A stretch of DNA of 64,000 nt, from the NCBI GenBank assembly GCA_038727135.1, contig JAVYWL010000001.1, positions 756,021-820,020 of the forward strand, given 5' to 3'. Below the pieces are notes generated by a model, which did no database searches, had not been told where the DNA came from, and saw only the letters and a program-made list of their open reading frames with translations. Positions 39,795-48,876 of this stretch are shown here, in pieces; the stretch's first letter is position 1; each line of letters starts with the position of its first letter. The translations under genes were made by a program, and so were the position numbers. This stretch comes from Candidatus Bathyarchaeia archaeon. GTDB lineage: Archaea; Thermoproteota; Bathyarchaeia; Bathyarchaeales; Bathycorpusculaceae.

Positions 39795-40749
39795 CCGTTT
39801 TTCTCGCTAAGAAGGCGTTTCCTCCAGCCCTCCGAACAGCCTCCAAAACATTTTCAACTTTATCGTTGCTTGCAAGAGCTATCATGCATCCTCCGCCACC
39901 CGCACCAGTCAGTTTTGCACCTAGTGCACCTGCCTTACGGGCGGCGTTAATGAGCCACTCTAGAGACTCGTCTGAAACCCCTAATCCATAAAGCAGTGCA
40001 TGGTTTATGTTCATCAGTTCCCCTATGGTTTCCAAGTTGCCTTCTTTTAGGGCTTCAATGGCTCTTAAAACTATTTCACGGGCAGCTCTCATCATGGGCT
40101 CAACAATCTGTGGATAACGTTCCCTCAAGCTTCGAACTTTTGCAACTTGGCTCCGCGTTGACCTTTCAACACCAGTATTGCCAACAACTAGCGGTATATC
40201 CGCCCTAACATCAAGAGGCTTAAACCCCGTGTCTATCTGAAAAAGCAGCGCCCCTCCAAAAGTTGATATTGCTGGGTCAACGCCTGAAGGCGTGCCATGC
40301 ATTATCTTTTCAGCTTCATAGGCTATGCGGAAAACATCCTCCTTCGACATCTTCACATTTAATAGAGCGCCGACAGCCGCTGCCACGGCGGCAGCCACAG
40401 CTGCTGAAGACCCTAAACCAGCTGCGACTGGAACTGTTGAGTTTACCTCTATGTTTAAGCCAACCCTCTCGCCTGAAATCTCTAGAACCTTCTCCACTGC
40501 GCATTTAAGCGGTTCAAGCTTCATTTTAGCCTCTTTTGGGTTTCCTTCTTCAACCCTAAAGTTTCCATCTTCAAAAAATCCAGCAACGTTTAGGTTTAAA
40601 GAGCGCAGGAAAAGCCTCTTATCCTCACGTAGTTCCGCCTTTGCGTAGGCTCTTTTATCTATAGCTAGAACTATGGCTGGTTCACCGTAGACGACGAAAT
40701 GTTCTCCGAAAAGTATTATTTTTGCGGGAGCCGAAGCGATAACTCCCAT
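39766..40749 (-). CDS. mvk: Mevalonate kinase
   Basis: GEHFVVYG, PVAAGLGSSAA, PSGVD, KLTGAGGGGC. Confidence 0.95.
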   Translation of the reverse strand: MGVIASAPAKIILFGEHFVVYGEPAIVLAIDKRAYAKAELREDKRLFLRSLNLNVAGFFEDGNFRVEEGNPKEAKMKLEPLKCAVEKVLEISGERVGLNIEVNSTVPVAAGLGSSAAVAAAVAAAVGALLNVKMSKEDVFRIAYEAEKIMHGTPSGVDPAISTFGGALLFQIDTGFKPLDVRADIPLVVGNTGVERSTRSQVAKVRSLRERYPQIVEPMMRAAREIVLRAIEALKEGNLETIGELMNINHALLYGLGVSDESLEWLINAARKAGALGAKLTGAGGGGCMIALASNDKVENVLEAVRRAGGNAFLARKTDEGVRIEPT

Positions 40750-40758
40750 CCTAAACCA

Positions 40759-41607
40759 CTATTTTGTGAATTGCACGGCGGCGTACCCAACAACGGCTGA
40801 GTAGTCGCCAGTTACATCTCCACTAGTCTTGTAACATAATAATTTTGCCTCTTTCGCCCCTAAAGCCTTTGCAGCCGTGATAAGGGCGGCTATGGGACCA
40901 TAACCGCACGCGGTGATTCGATGCTCTTCGATTATGGAATAAAAGTGTTCCTCATCCATTACTTCTACAGCTTTAAGAGCCAGCATGTCTTTCTTTTCAG
41001 CTACTTTTTGTGGCTCATAGTGGGTCATGTCTGAAGAAGCCACAATTAAGGCGTTTTTCCCAGCTAAAACCCTTGCAACAGCTTGCCCAACCTCTCTTGC
41101 AGAGTGCAAATCCTGCATTAAAAAGCATATGGGCACGATTTTAAACGCTGAGCCAAAAAGGTATTGCAGAAATGGAAGCTGCACCTCAATGGAGTGCTCA
41201 TATCGGTGGGCGGAATCATCAACATCAACTATGCGAGCTTCCCTAACAATTTTATTGGCTGTTTCCCCATCAACCTCAACATCGCCAAGCGGGGTGCGCC
41301 AAAAACCCTCATTCATCACAGCTAAGGCGCTACCATAACCAGTATGGTTTGGGCCAAAAAGCACAACAGTGTCTGGCTTACCATCAGAAGCCAAATTATA
41401 ATAGGCGTGGGCTGCCACAGGTCCAGAGTACATATATCCAGCATGAGGGCATACGAGACCAACTATGCGCCTCGGTCCTTCAACAACTTTTGGGATTTTT
41501 CCCGGTCCCAACTCGTGTAGGAAGCACTCTTCAATCTGCCTCTTCAAAGATTCGGCTTTTCCAGCGTAGAATGCTCCAGCTTGGCTTGGAAGCCGAATCT
41601 TCGCCAT
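40759..41607 (-). CDS. MEMO1-family protein (AmmeMemoRadiSam protein B)
   Basis: AGAFY, PHAGYMYSG, GPNH, EHSIEVQLPFLQ, SSDMTHY, CGYGP. Confidence 0.93.
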   Translation of the reverse strand: MAKIRLPSQAGAFYAGKAESLKRQIEECFLHELGPGKIPKVVEGPRRIVGLVCPHAGYMYSGPVAAHAYYNLASDGKPDTVVLFGPNHTGYGSALAVMNEGFWRTPLGDVEVDGETANKIVREARIVDVDDSAHRYEHSIEVQLPFLQYLFGSAFKIVPICFLMQDLHSAREVGQAVARVLAGKNALIVASSDMTHYEPQKVAEKKDMLALKAVEVMDEEHFYSIIEEHRITACGYGPIAALITAAKALGAKEAKLLCYKTSGDVTGDYSAVVGYAAVQFTK

Positions 41608-41612
41608 CCCGA

Positions 41613-42314
41613 TTAGCTCTCCTCTTCCTCCTTTGAGATTTTAGCCTCAAAATCCTCAATGGTTAGTGGCATATCCTTGTCTGGTGGGAGCTCTCCTCTT
41701 TCGCGCAAAACCTGCCTCGCGAGAAGCCAGTAAATAACCGCTAAGGCTCTCCTACCCTTGTTATTTGTTGGTATTACTAGGTCAACACCGGAAAAGTCGT
41801 TGTCGGTGCTGCACAGGGCCACCACCGGAACACCTATGGAGGCGGCCTCCCGCACTGCTTGGGAATCCGCTCTGGGGTCTGAAACTATTAACACATTTGG
41901 TTCAATACGGTTGGGATAGAGCGGGTTTGAAAGCAGCCCGGGAATGAAGCGTCCAACAATTGAGGTTGCGCCAACTGCTTCACAGAACTTTTTCACGGGT
42001 TCTTGTGCGTATAGCCTAGCTGCGGCGGCAGCTATCCTTGAAGGCTCAAATCTTGCCAAGAATTTGGCCGCCACCCTTATACGCTCATCAGTCTTTTTCA
42101 CATCTAAAACAAATAGGCCGTCTGGTCTGACGCGGTATATAAACTGTTCCATGTCCTTCGTCTTCATTCTAGTTCCAATGTGTATTCCAGCCGAGAGAAG
42201 CGTGTCTCGGGGCAATAGGAGTTCTTCTTCTGCGCTTACACTTGTTTCCTCTTCAAACTTTTCCTTTTTAGCTTCTTCCTTATCCTTTTCAGCCAAACTT
42301 ATTTCACTCTCCAT
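41613..42314 (-). CDS. rps2: 30S ribosomal protein S2
   Basis: [21 protein letters not shown]. Confidence 0.96.
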   Translation of the reverse strand: MESEISLAEKDKEEAKKEKFEEETSVSAEEELLLPRDTLLSAGIHIGTRMKTKDMEQFIYRVRPDGLFVLDVKKTDERIRVAAKFLARFEPSRIAAAAARLYAQEPVKKFCEAVGATSIVGRFIPGLLSNPLYPNRIEPNVLIVSDPRADSQAVREAASIGVPVVALCSTDNDFSGVDLVIPTNNKGRRALAVIYWLLARQVLRERGELPPDKDMPLTIEDFEAKISKEEEES

Positions 42315-43568
42315 TTATGGAATGTGGAGTTCAGCCATTTTAGCCCTATCTCCGAGAAACTCCTCAATTCTCAGCAACTCATTTATTTTTGCTATTCGAG
42401 CTCCCTCCACCACGCCAGTCTTAATGATGGGACATTTAAACGCCACAGCTAAGTGGGCAATATGCCAATCACATGTATCGCCAGAACGGTGAGACACCAC
42501 TGGCACATATCCAGCCCTTTTCGCAGTTTCAATAGTATCCAAAGCATCTGTAAGCGTGCCCACCTGATTCACTTTAATTATTATGGCGTTGGCTGCCCGC
42601 ACTTTAATTCCATGAGATAATCTTTCATTGTTTGTGACGAATAAGTCATCGCCACAGATGAGGCAGTTCTTAACCTTCTTTGTGAGTTCCGCAAAACTGC
42701 CATAGTCTTCCTCGTGGAACGGGTCTTCCACATAAACCAGATGATACTTTTCGATAAACTGCCGAATAAATTCCAGCTGTTCTCCAGGGTCCAACTCCTT
42801 TTCATTTCTCTCATATACATATTTCTTCTTTTTAGCATTCCAGAGGGATGAAGCCGCAACATCAATACCGAAACCACATTTAAAGCCCATTTCGTTGCTT
42901 ACCTCTTCGCATGCCGAAGCCATAATTTCAAGAGCTTCCATGTCGGTGATGTTTGCAATCCACGCCCCCTCGTCGCTTCTTCCGCCGCTGAAAAGTTTAT
43001 CCTTTTTCCTCAAAGCTTCCTTAACTTTGCTGTGGATTCTTATGTTCGCTGTTGCTGCTTCCAGAAAAGAGTCAGCACCATAGGGAAGAGCCAAAAACTC
43101 TTGTATATCCGGAGATTTTCCACTCGTATGCTTTCCACCGCTGATGATGTTTCCAAGAGGATAAGGAAGTCCGTGGGCTGCATATCCGCCCAAATATTGG
43201 AAGAGGGGTAAACCATAAGAGTTTGCGGCAGCTTCAGCGTTTGCCAAGGAGACCGCAAAGGCTGTATTTCCACCGATGATTCTAAAGTCTTTTGTGTTAT
43301 CTATCTCATGAAGGGTTTTATCAATCTCCTCTTGGAAGTCTGCGTTCAATCCAATAAGTTCCGGGGATATGAGCTCTTCAACTTTCTTAATTGCCTCGTC
43401 TACCCCGCCTTGCGGATAATAAACAACCTCGGCTTTTCCTCGGCTTTCCCCAGCCGGCGCCGAGGCTCTCCCAAAACCAGAAGTAGTAATAACGTCAACC
43501 TCTATTGTTTCTTCTCCACGGCTGTTGAAAACCTTCCTTGCAATTACATCCTCAATAACTGTGGACAT
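42315..43568 (-). CDS. eno: Enolase
   Basis: NSRG, QEF, DEG, EDPF, GDDLFVTN, KVNQVGT, SHRSG, IKTG. Confidence 0.95.
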   Translation of the reverse strand: MSTVIEDVIARKVFNSRGEETIEVDVITTSGFGRASAPAGESRGKAEVVYYPQGGVDEAIKKVEELISPELIGLNADFQEEIDKTLHEIDNTKDFRIIGGNTAFAVSLANAEAAANSYGLPLFQYLGGYAAHGLPYPLGNIISGGKHTSGKSPDIQEFLALPYGADSFLEAATANIRIHSKVKEALRKKDKLFSGGRSDEGAWIANITDMEALEIMASACEEVSNEMGFKCGFGIDVAASSLWNAKKKKYVYERNEKELDPGEQLEFIRQFIEKYHLVYVEDPFHEEDYGSFAELTKKVKNCLICGDDLFVTNNERLSHGIKVRAANAIIIKVNQVGTLTDALDTIETAKRAGYVPVVSHRSGDTCDWHIAHLAVAFKCPIIKTGVVEGARIAKINELLRIEEFLGDRAKMAELHIP

Positions 43569-43583
43569 GTCTCCCGGGGCTCC

Positions 43584-43838
43584 CTATTGTTGATAGTACT
43601 GCATTCTGGCTTCCCTTCTCTTTTCTGCTTCTTCATAGAAGCGTAAAACCTCATCAATAATTTCAACGTGGGAAAGAAGCATACGCCTGCAACAGTACCG
43701 CTTTATCCCCAAGCTGTCCAAAATGTCTCCAGCGTTTTCACCCATCTTAATCCTTCTCGCGAACTCCTCCCACTTGTCACCAATTAACTTGCCGCACGTA
43801 AAACATCTTATGGGTATAATCAACACTTTAACCTCCAA
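43584..43838 (-). CDS. rpoN: RNA polymerase subunit N (Rpo10)
   Basis: [18 protein letters not shown]. Confidence 0.96.
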   Translation of the reverse strand: MEVKVLIIPIRCFTCGKLIGDKWEEFARRIKMGENAGDILDSLGIKRYCCRRMLLSHVEIIDEVLRFYEEAEKRREARMQYYQQ

Positions 43839-44261
43839 TCATCTATAGCTCTTCTGATCCCTTGCCCTTGCACCTGGACCACCAAACTTTTTAGGCTCTT
43901 TTCTTCTTGGGTCACCAACAACCATTGTCCTGTCATATTCAATGAATGCTGTGCGCAATTGCGTGCTCTTAGTCCATTTTAGTAGGGCGTTTGCAATTGC
44001 CATCCTAGCCGCTTCGGCTTGCCCCATATAGCCTCCACCCGAAACCTTAATGTCTATATCTAGTTGTTTCCAAATTTCGTCGCCAGCTTGTATTAGTGGC
44101 TCCATTATTTTTTGGCGTGCAACTTCCGGCTGGTAAATCTCAAGCGGAGTCATGTTAATTCTTATCCTTCCTATGCCAGGCTTGACAACGGCACGTGCTA
44201 TAGCCGTCTTTCTTTTCCCGCTGACCACAAGAACTTTTTTCGCTGGCATTTTATTCACCAC
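43839..44261 (-). CDS. rps9: 30S ribosomal protein S9
   Basis: [36 protein letters not shown]. Confidence 0.97.
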   Translation of the reverse strand: MVNKMPAKKVLVVSGKRKTAIARAVVKPGIGRIRINMTPLEIYQPEVARQKIMEPLIQAGDEIWKQLDIDIKVSGGGYMGQAEAARMAIANALLKWTKSTQLRTAFIEYDRTMVVGDPRRKEPKKFGGPGARARDQKSYR

Positions 44262-44688
44262 TCCAGCCTATCTCCCTCGCAAGCTCTCCAAGTGTGAAGT
44301 ATGGGCAAGTTAACTTTTTGGCTTGTGCCTCCTCTATTGTTTCCATCTCCCGATTTTTAAGTTCGTCTGGAACACCTATGAAAACCCTAAGCCTTTTGTA
44401 GGCTTGCTTGCCCTTTGGCTGTTTATATGGGAGCATCCCTCTGATAGTTCTTCTGAGGATTCTGTCAGGTCTCCTAGGATGTATTGGACCTTTTCCTAGA
44501 TGTCCAACCTCGAGAAATTCTTTTGCTTCTCTTACTTTGTTTTTCTTTTTTCCGGATATTATGGCTTTTTCCGCATTTACAACAGCTATTTTTTCGCCCT
44601 TTAGTAAGCGTTTGGCAATTATGCTTGCCATTCTCCCAAGAATAAGACCATCAGCATTAATGACTTTATAATCGCTTTCCAGCTGCAT
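44251..44688 (-). CDS. rpl13: 50S ribosomal protein L13
   Basis: ILGRMAS, VVNAEK, RGMLPYK. Confidence 0.96.
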   Translation of the reverse strand: MQLESDYKVINADGLILGRMASIIAKRLLKGEKIAVVNAEKAIISGKKKNKVREAKEFLEVGHLGKGPIHPRRPDRILRRTIRGMLPYKQPKGKQAYKRLRVFIGVPDELKNREMETIEEAQAKKLTCPYFTLGELAREIGWSGE

Positions 44689-44692
44689 TTTA

Positions 44693-45055
44693 TCACCCTA
44701 TTATTTTAACCTTTGAACCTTTCGGGTTTTTCTTGACAAGCTCGATTATGGATAGGCATTTTCCCCGCGCCCTCTTTATTTTTTCCTTGGCTTTCTGTGA
44801 AAAGGCGAAGGCTGCAACAGTTATTGGATGGTCTATTTCGCCCGCGCCCAACACTTTGCCGGGGACAACAACCATTTCATTTTTTTCCGTATATCTGTTC
44901 AATCGGCTGATGTTTACGGCTATGCGCTTTCTTCTGGACTTTGCCAAGAGTTCAGCTATGCTTCTCCAAATTTTCGCCTTGTTTTCCTTGCTCTGCTTTT
45001 TCAAGAAACGAATAGTTTCAATGAGCTCCGGGTTTGTAGCCTTAACCTTCTTCAA
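44693..45055 (-). CDS. rpl18e: 50S ribosomal protein L18e
   Basis: TNPEL, VNISRLNR, VVPGKVLG. Confidence 0.96.
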   Translation of the reverse strand: MKKVKATNPELIETIRFLKKQSKENKAKIWRSIAELLAKSRRKRIAVNISRLNRYTEKNEMVVVPGKVLGAGEIDHPITVAAFAFSQKAKEKIKRARGKCLSIIELVKKNPKGSKVKIIG

Positions 45056-45867
45056 GCCTCTTGCACCTCAATTTGTTTTGCAAGCTCTTTAAGGTCTTTG
45101 TCCAAAATTTTTACAGCTTCCGTTATGATTCTTTCTGGTGGTAGGACACCTGTTGACTCGATGCTGAATATAAAGGCGTTTTTCTCCCAGTCAACTTCTA
45201 TTGCTGGCGGTTGTTTTGGGCAAACGTCCACGCAGTCTCGGCATAGAGTGCAAGCCAGCAAGTTGCGAACTTCTATTTTTCCTTCACGTTTTGCCAAAAC
45301 TTTTCTTGGGCATATCTCTACACATTTCCCGCAAGCATCACAGCTTTCGCCGTTTACTTTTATTTGTGGCAGATACTTGTATGAACATAGTGAAACCGGC
45401 TGCCACTTGGCATGGTTCTTCCCCTTTCCCAGCCTCGCGTAAGCCTCAAGCCTCAACTTTTGCCCCTTTGCAAGCTTAACTATGGGGATTTTATCGCTGA
45501 CTGGGACTATGTTTGGGTTTTCCGAGACAAGCTCGCCAGAATAAACCGTTATTGTTCCTTCCTTTGCCTCTCTATCTAATGTGAGCGTAACCCTACATAG
45601 GTTGCATCCAAACTCGCTTTTGCACGAGCACTCTTCTGGAAGGTTGTAACCGTCGAGATCTGTTTTTAACGGGATTAACCCAAGCCTATGGGCTATTATT
45701 TCATCATGAAAGACAGAAGAGTTTTCAATGATAACAACATCGTCTATAGCCATACAAGGAACTTCAGCGATAACATTCCTTCTTAGGGCGTTAATAAACG
45801 GAGTGTCAACTCCCCTTATTAGCAAGCGCAAGTTTTTGTCGTCTCTTTCAAGCACCTCTATTTCCAC
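45052..45867 (-). CDS. rpoD: RNA polymerase subunit D (Rpo3) with ferredoxin-like insert
   Basis: NALRR, DEIIAHRLGLIP, HAKWQP, CDACGKCVEICP and CTLCRDCVDVCP. Confidence 0.96.
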   Translation of the reverse strand: MEIEVLERDDKNLRLLIRGVDTPFINALRRNVIAEVPCMAIDDVVIIENSSVFHDEIIAHRLGLIPLKTDLDGYNLPEECSCKSEFGCNLCRVTLTLDREAKEGTITVYSGELVSENPNIVPVSDKIPIVKLAKGQKLRLEAYARLGKGKNHAKWQPVSLCSYKYLPQIKVNGESCDACGKCVEICPRKVLAKREGKIEVRNLLACTLCRDCVDVCPKQPPAIEVDWEKNAFIFSIESTGVLPPERIITEAVKILDKDLKELAKQIEVQEA

Positions 45868-45979
45868 TTAACGAGCCGCTCCATTAAGAGTGTAAACTGA
45901 TATAGTGCCGTTGAATAGAATATTAGTGGGCAATATAAACTTGGCGATTAAACTGTAGATTCTTTTCGCTGCATGTTAA

Positions 45980-45993
45980 GGTTAAATTTTAAG
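45980..45993. repeat. Left target-site duplication GGTTAAATTTTAAG (14 bp)
   Basis: Identical to 50422-50435 and abuts the left TIR. Confidence 0.9.
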
Positions 45994-46063
45994 ACCCAAA
46001 CCCAAACCCAAACACCCTCTCAAAGGGGGGAGAGAGGGACAGACGGACAGACAGAGACAGACA
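45994..46063. repeat. Left terminal inverted repeat (70 bp perfect; imperfect to ~46084)
   Basis: Exact reverse complement of 50348-50417, checked base by base. Confidence 0.97.
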
Positions 46064-46082
46064 GACAAACAAACAGACACAG

Positions 46083-47108
46083 TCACACACAAACAAACCT
46101 AGGCTTCCATTCACGCCTTTCGTTTCTCAGGTATTTGGCTAAAAGATAGGCTTCCTCGTTAATGAGGGTTTCAATTGTTTGGCTTTTCCCCCATCTAATT
46201 CTTGGAACATTAACCTTAGCTTCAAACAATCGGTTAAGCTTTTCAGCTAATTCCCTAGTCTTTTTCTTACCTAAAACTTGTCTTTTCCCTAAACGGTTAG
46301 AGCTGAACCATTCAGTTTTAACCGTGAAATCCTTAGCCGTTAAGGTTTGGCTAAATCCTATTAGGAAATCATCTATGAGATAGCGATATAATTCCATCAT
46401 GTCGCAAACCAAACTTGGCTTGCCAAACTGTTCGCTATGAACAAACCCAAGATAAGGCTCTAAATGAGCATTCAAAACAGCCATGTAAACCCTAAACTTA
46501 AGCATGGTATAAGCCAAATTGAAAGTATTATTCAAACCGTCATAAGCTTTCCATCCCTTACGTTTATCAGCCTTAAAAGGCAACAGCTTAAAGATTTCAT
46601 GATAATAATGCTCTGAAGCCTTACCCTCAATAGGTAAAAGCCTTCTCCTAGCATCCATAAGGCTATTAGAGTTTAAACCCTCAATCCTAGACTTGTAAAA
46701 GGCTAAGTTAAGCTCTTTTAAGCCATGCTTCTTTAAAACCATGTTTTGGCTCTCAATCTTGCTTAAAACTATTGTTTTAGCTATGGTTATACCTTTGCCA
46801 TTATGTAAGGCTTCATATTGAGCTATGCGAGTTTTAACATGGCTATCATCATCAAGGCTTCTGAGAACAGCCACGGGATTACCATTCCTAGTCTTAATAA
46901 TAACGGGAATATCCCAAAAACCACAAGAAGCCAAAACACTAGTGCTAATGAAATTCCCACTTGAAACAATAATCTCGCCTATCTCATTCTCAAATAATGG
47001 AACACGCTGAACATTCCCATCCCTATCTCTAACAACGAAACAACCCTTTTCCATGCCAAGATAATAGCCATTCCCTTCAACATTAATGGTTAAAAACTTA
47101 GCCTTCAT
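46083..47108 (-). CDS. cas1: Cas1-family integrase (casposase-like, no CRISPR association)
   Basis: N-terminal beta domain; catalytic E (IEGKASEHYY), NNTFNLAY, H (LEPYLGFVH), D/E (SLVCDMMELYR); ATG at 47108 (track start 47120). Confidence 0.93.
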   Translation of the reverse strand: MKAKFLTINVEGNGYYLGMEKGCFVVRDRDGNVQRVPLFENEIGEIIVSSGNFISTSVLASCGFWDIPVIIKTRNGNPVAVLRSLDDDSHVKTRIAQYEALHNGKGITIAKTIVLSKIESQNMVLKKHGLKELNLAFYKSRIEGLNSNSLMDARRRLLPIEGKASEHYYHEIFKLLPFKADKRKGWKAYDGLNNTFNLAYTMLKFRVYMAVLNAHLEPYLGFVHSEQFGKPSLVCDMMELYRYLIDDFLIGFSQTLTAKDFTVKTEWFSSNRLGKRQVLGKKKTRELAEKLNRLFEAKVNVPRIRWGKSQTIETLINEEAYLLAKYLRNERREWKPRFVCV

Positions 47109-47670
47109 GAGGATAACCAACCTCTTTTAGTTGTTTCTCCAAAACATCTAAGAATTTCTTCATGTAATCTTCATTTTCCAAACATTTTTTTATGATAAGC
47201 CATTCTGGATACCTTAAGAAATGGCTTCTAAACAGCTCAGAAGCGAAGCCATCTTCAAACCTACCGTATTTTTCAAAGAGAATTTGATGCTTCAAAAAAT
47301 TTAATTCACAGGCTAAAGTATTTAGCAGAATATTTGCTATTTGCTCTTCAACGGGTTTATTTAGAAAAATTTCTTCTAATTCCTTCCATTCCTTAAGCTT
47401 TTTAACTGTTTCATCTAGTTTCTCTCCAATTTTTTCAATTCTTTCAATGTTCGGCTTATAGGTCACGTTTTTGGCTGATTTAATCGTCTTCACTACAAGC
47501 TTGAGTTTTATTAAATGGTTAAGATGCATTAATAGAGTAGGCTCTGGCAATTTAACTCTAAACTTACGATGTAAGATTTCTTTTAAGTCCTTGAATCTTA
47601 ACTCTCCTCTGACTAAAAGAATAGCAAATATCTGAGCACATTTTTCATCCAATTTTGGGACAGGTTTCAT
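47098..47670 (-). CDS. Winged-HTH DNA-binding protein
   Basis: QIFAILLVRGELRFKDLKEIL...EPTLLMHLNHLIKLKLVVK...VTYKPN; 3' end overlaps the cas1 start. Confidence 0.8.
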   Translation of the reverse strand: MKPVPKLDEKCAQIFAILLVRGELRFKDLKEILHRKFRVKLPEPTLLMHLNHLIKLKLVVKTIKSAKNVTYKPNIERIEKIGEKLDETVKKLKEWKELEEIFLNKPVEEQIANILLNTLACELNFLKHQILFEKYGRFEDGFASELFRSHFLRYPEWLIIKKCLENEDYMKKFLDVLEKQLKEVGYPHEG

Positions 47671-47758
47671 CGTTGCACTTCCTTTTACTCATAAATAACT
47701 CAATAAATAAACTATTTATATTTTGCGGAACTATAACTTGTAAACGAGGTGATGTAAA

Positions 47759-48097
47759 ATGGATGAAAGTTTCGAATCTACGTTTAAAGAGAAGGTGGGA
47801 GAGCTAACTAGGTATTTGAGTGTTTCTGAGCTTCCAGACGTAATTAAGGCTAGGCTTGTCAGGTGGGAGTTTAAAGAGGATAAGCGTGGAAACGAATGTT
47901 GTTACATCCATCTAGAAACGGAAAACAAGGAGATAATTGTTCAGAAATTCACACGTAGCACTTGGCTTGAGCTTTATGATAGGCTTAAACGTGTAGGCTT
48001 TGACAGAATCCAAAAAGACTATGTGACATGGGTTAAAAGTAACGTTGGCAGAGCCATCAACCCTAGGCTTCTCCCAATAGTTGAAAAGAGGAAGTGA
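47759..48097 (+). CDS. Hypothetical beta-rich protein, possibly OB-fold ssDNA-binding
   Basis: GAGGTGA SD and TATTTATA box upstream; aromatic/basic beta-strand pattern; fold is inference. Confidence 0.65.
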   Translation: MDESFESTFKEKVGELTRYLSVSELPDVIKARLVRWEFKEDKRGNECCYIHLETENKEIIVQKFTRSTWLELYDRLKRVGFDRIQKDYVTWVKSNVGRAINPRLLPIVEKRK

Positions 48098-48104
48098 AGG
48101 CTTA

Positions 48105-48416
48105 GTGGCTAAATGTAAAAACTGTGGCAAAGAAATAGCCAAAGGCTTAGATTTCTGCAGTAAAGAATGCATGGAAGCCTATAAAGAAAAACTGATGAAA
48201 ACCGCTTTTCTTACGCAGTTTGATAAAGGTTCTGGAAGCGACAGGAGAAGTAGAAACATAGATAAAATTGTGGATTTGCTGAAACAAGGTGTGAATGAAG
48301 ATTATATTAAGCTGAGGCTTAGACGCTATTTTAAGCCTTCAACTGTGGATGACTACATAGAAACAGCTAAGGCACTTTTGAAGATGGAAAGTGAGGTGAA
48401 TCAGCTTGAGTCCTAA
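48105..48416 (+). CDS. Treble-clef zinc finger (CxxC...FCSxxC) plus helical, HTH-like domain
   Basis: CKNCGKEIAKGLDFCSKEC; GTG at 48105 (track start 48081). Confidence 0.7.
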   Translation: MAKCKNCGKEIAKGLDFCSKECMEAYKEKLMKTAFLTQFDKGSGSDRRSRNIDKIVDLLKQGVNEDYIKLRLRRYFKPSTVDDYIETAKALLKMESEVNQLES

Positions 48417-48876
48417 AAGGCTTACTGAAAGCCAAAGGGAACAGCGTGAGAGGCTTATCCGTTACTATGTAGGGAAGCGTTATTCAGCTAATTTTATTCA
48501 GCATAAGCTACGTGAGAAAGGCTTGGGGATGCGTAGGAAGGAGCTGTTGGCCAAGGTTAGGGAAGTTAAGGGTGTTCCTAAGCGTCCACGTCCAGAAAAG
48601 CATGTTCCCATCAAATATTTGGCTAAGGCTGAGAGAGGGAGAAGGCTTAGAGTTAAGCCTGAGGCTTTTGGTAAGTGGATTGCTGTTTACGGGACTGTTG
48701 ATGGTAAGAGCAGGCGTATAGAGTTGGGCGGTTCTGGTAGAGCCTTGTATAGTGCTATGCTTAAGGTTGCTAAGCATCCTCCTAAACGTAGGTTTGTGCG
48801 TTGCCATGCAAGTGAAGCCCCATACTATTTAGACTATGATGAAGAGTGGGATGAGCATCCCGCTGTGGTTAGCTGA
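48406..48876 (+). CDS. Highly basic hypothetical protein, putative nucleic-acid binder
   Basis: 156 aa, R/K-rich; GAGGTGA SD; overlaps both neighbours (TGATG junction at 48874-48878). Confidence 0.7.
   Translation: MSPKRLTESQREQRERLIRYYVGKRYSANFIQHKLREKGLGMRRKELLAKVREVKGVPKRPRPEKHVPIKYLAKAERGRRLRVKPEAFGKWIAVYGTVDGKSRRIELGGSGRALYSAMLKVAKHPPKRRFVRCHASEAPYYLDYDEEWDEHPAVVS

Noticed and set aside
45230-45350. Ferredoxin-like Cys motifs inside RpoD
   Set aside because: A known feature of many archaeal Rpo3 subunits
45994-46098. CRISPR array or leader next to cas1
   Set aside because: The repeats are 4-6 nt tandem units with no unique spacers and are mirrored as an inverted repeat 4.3 kb away; I saw no repeat-spacer array in the window
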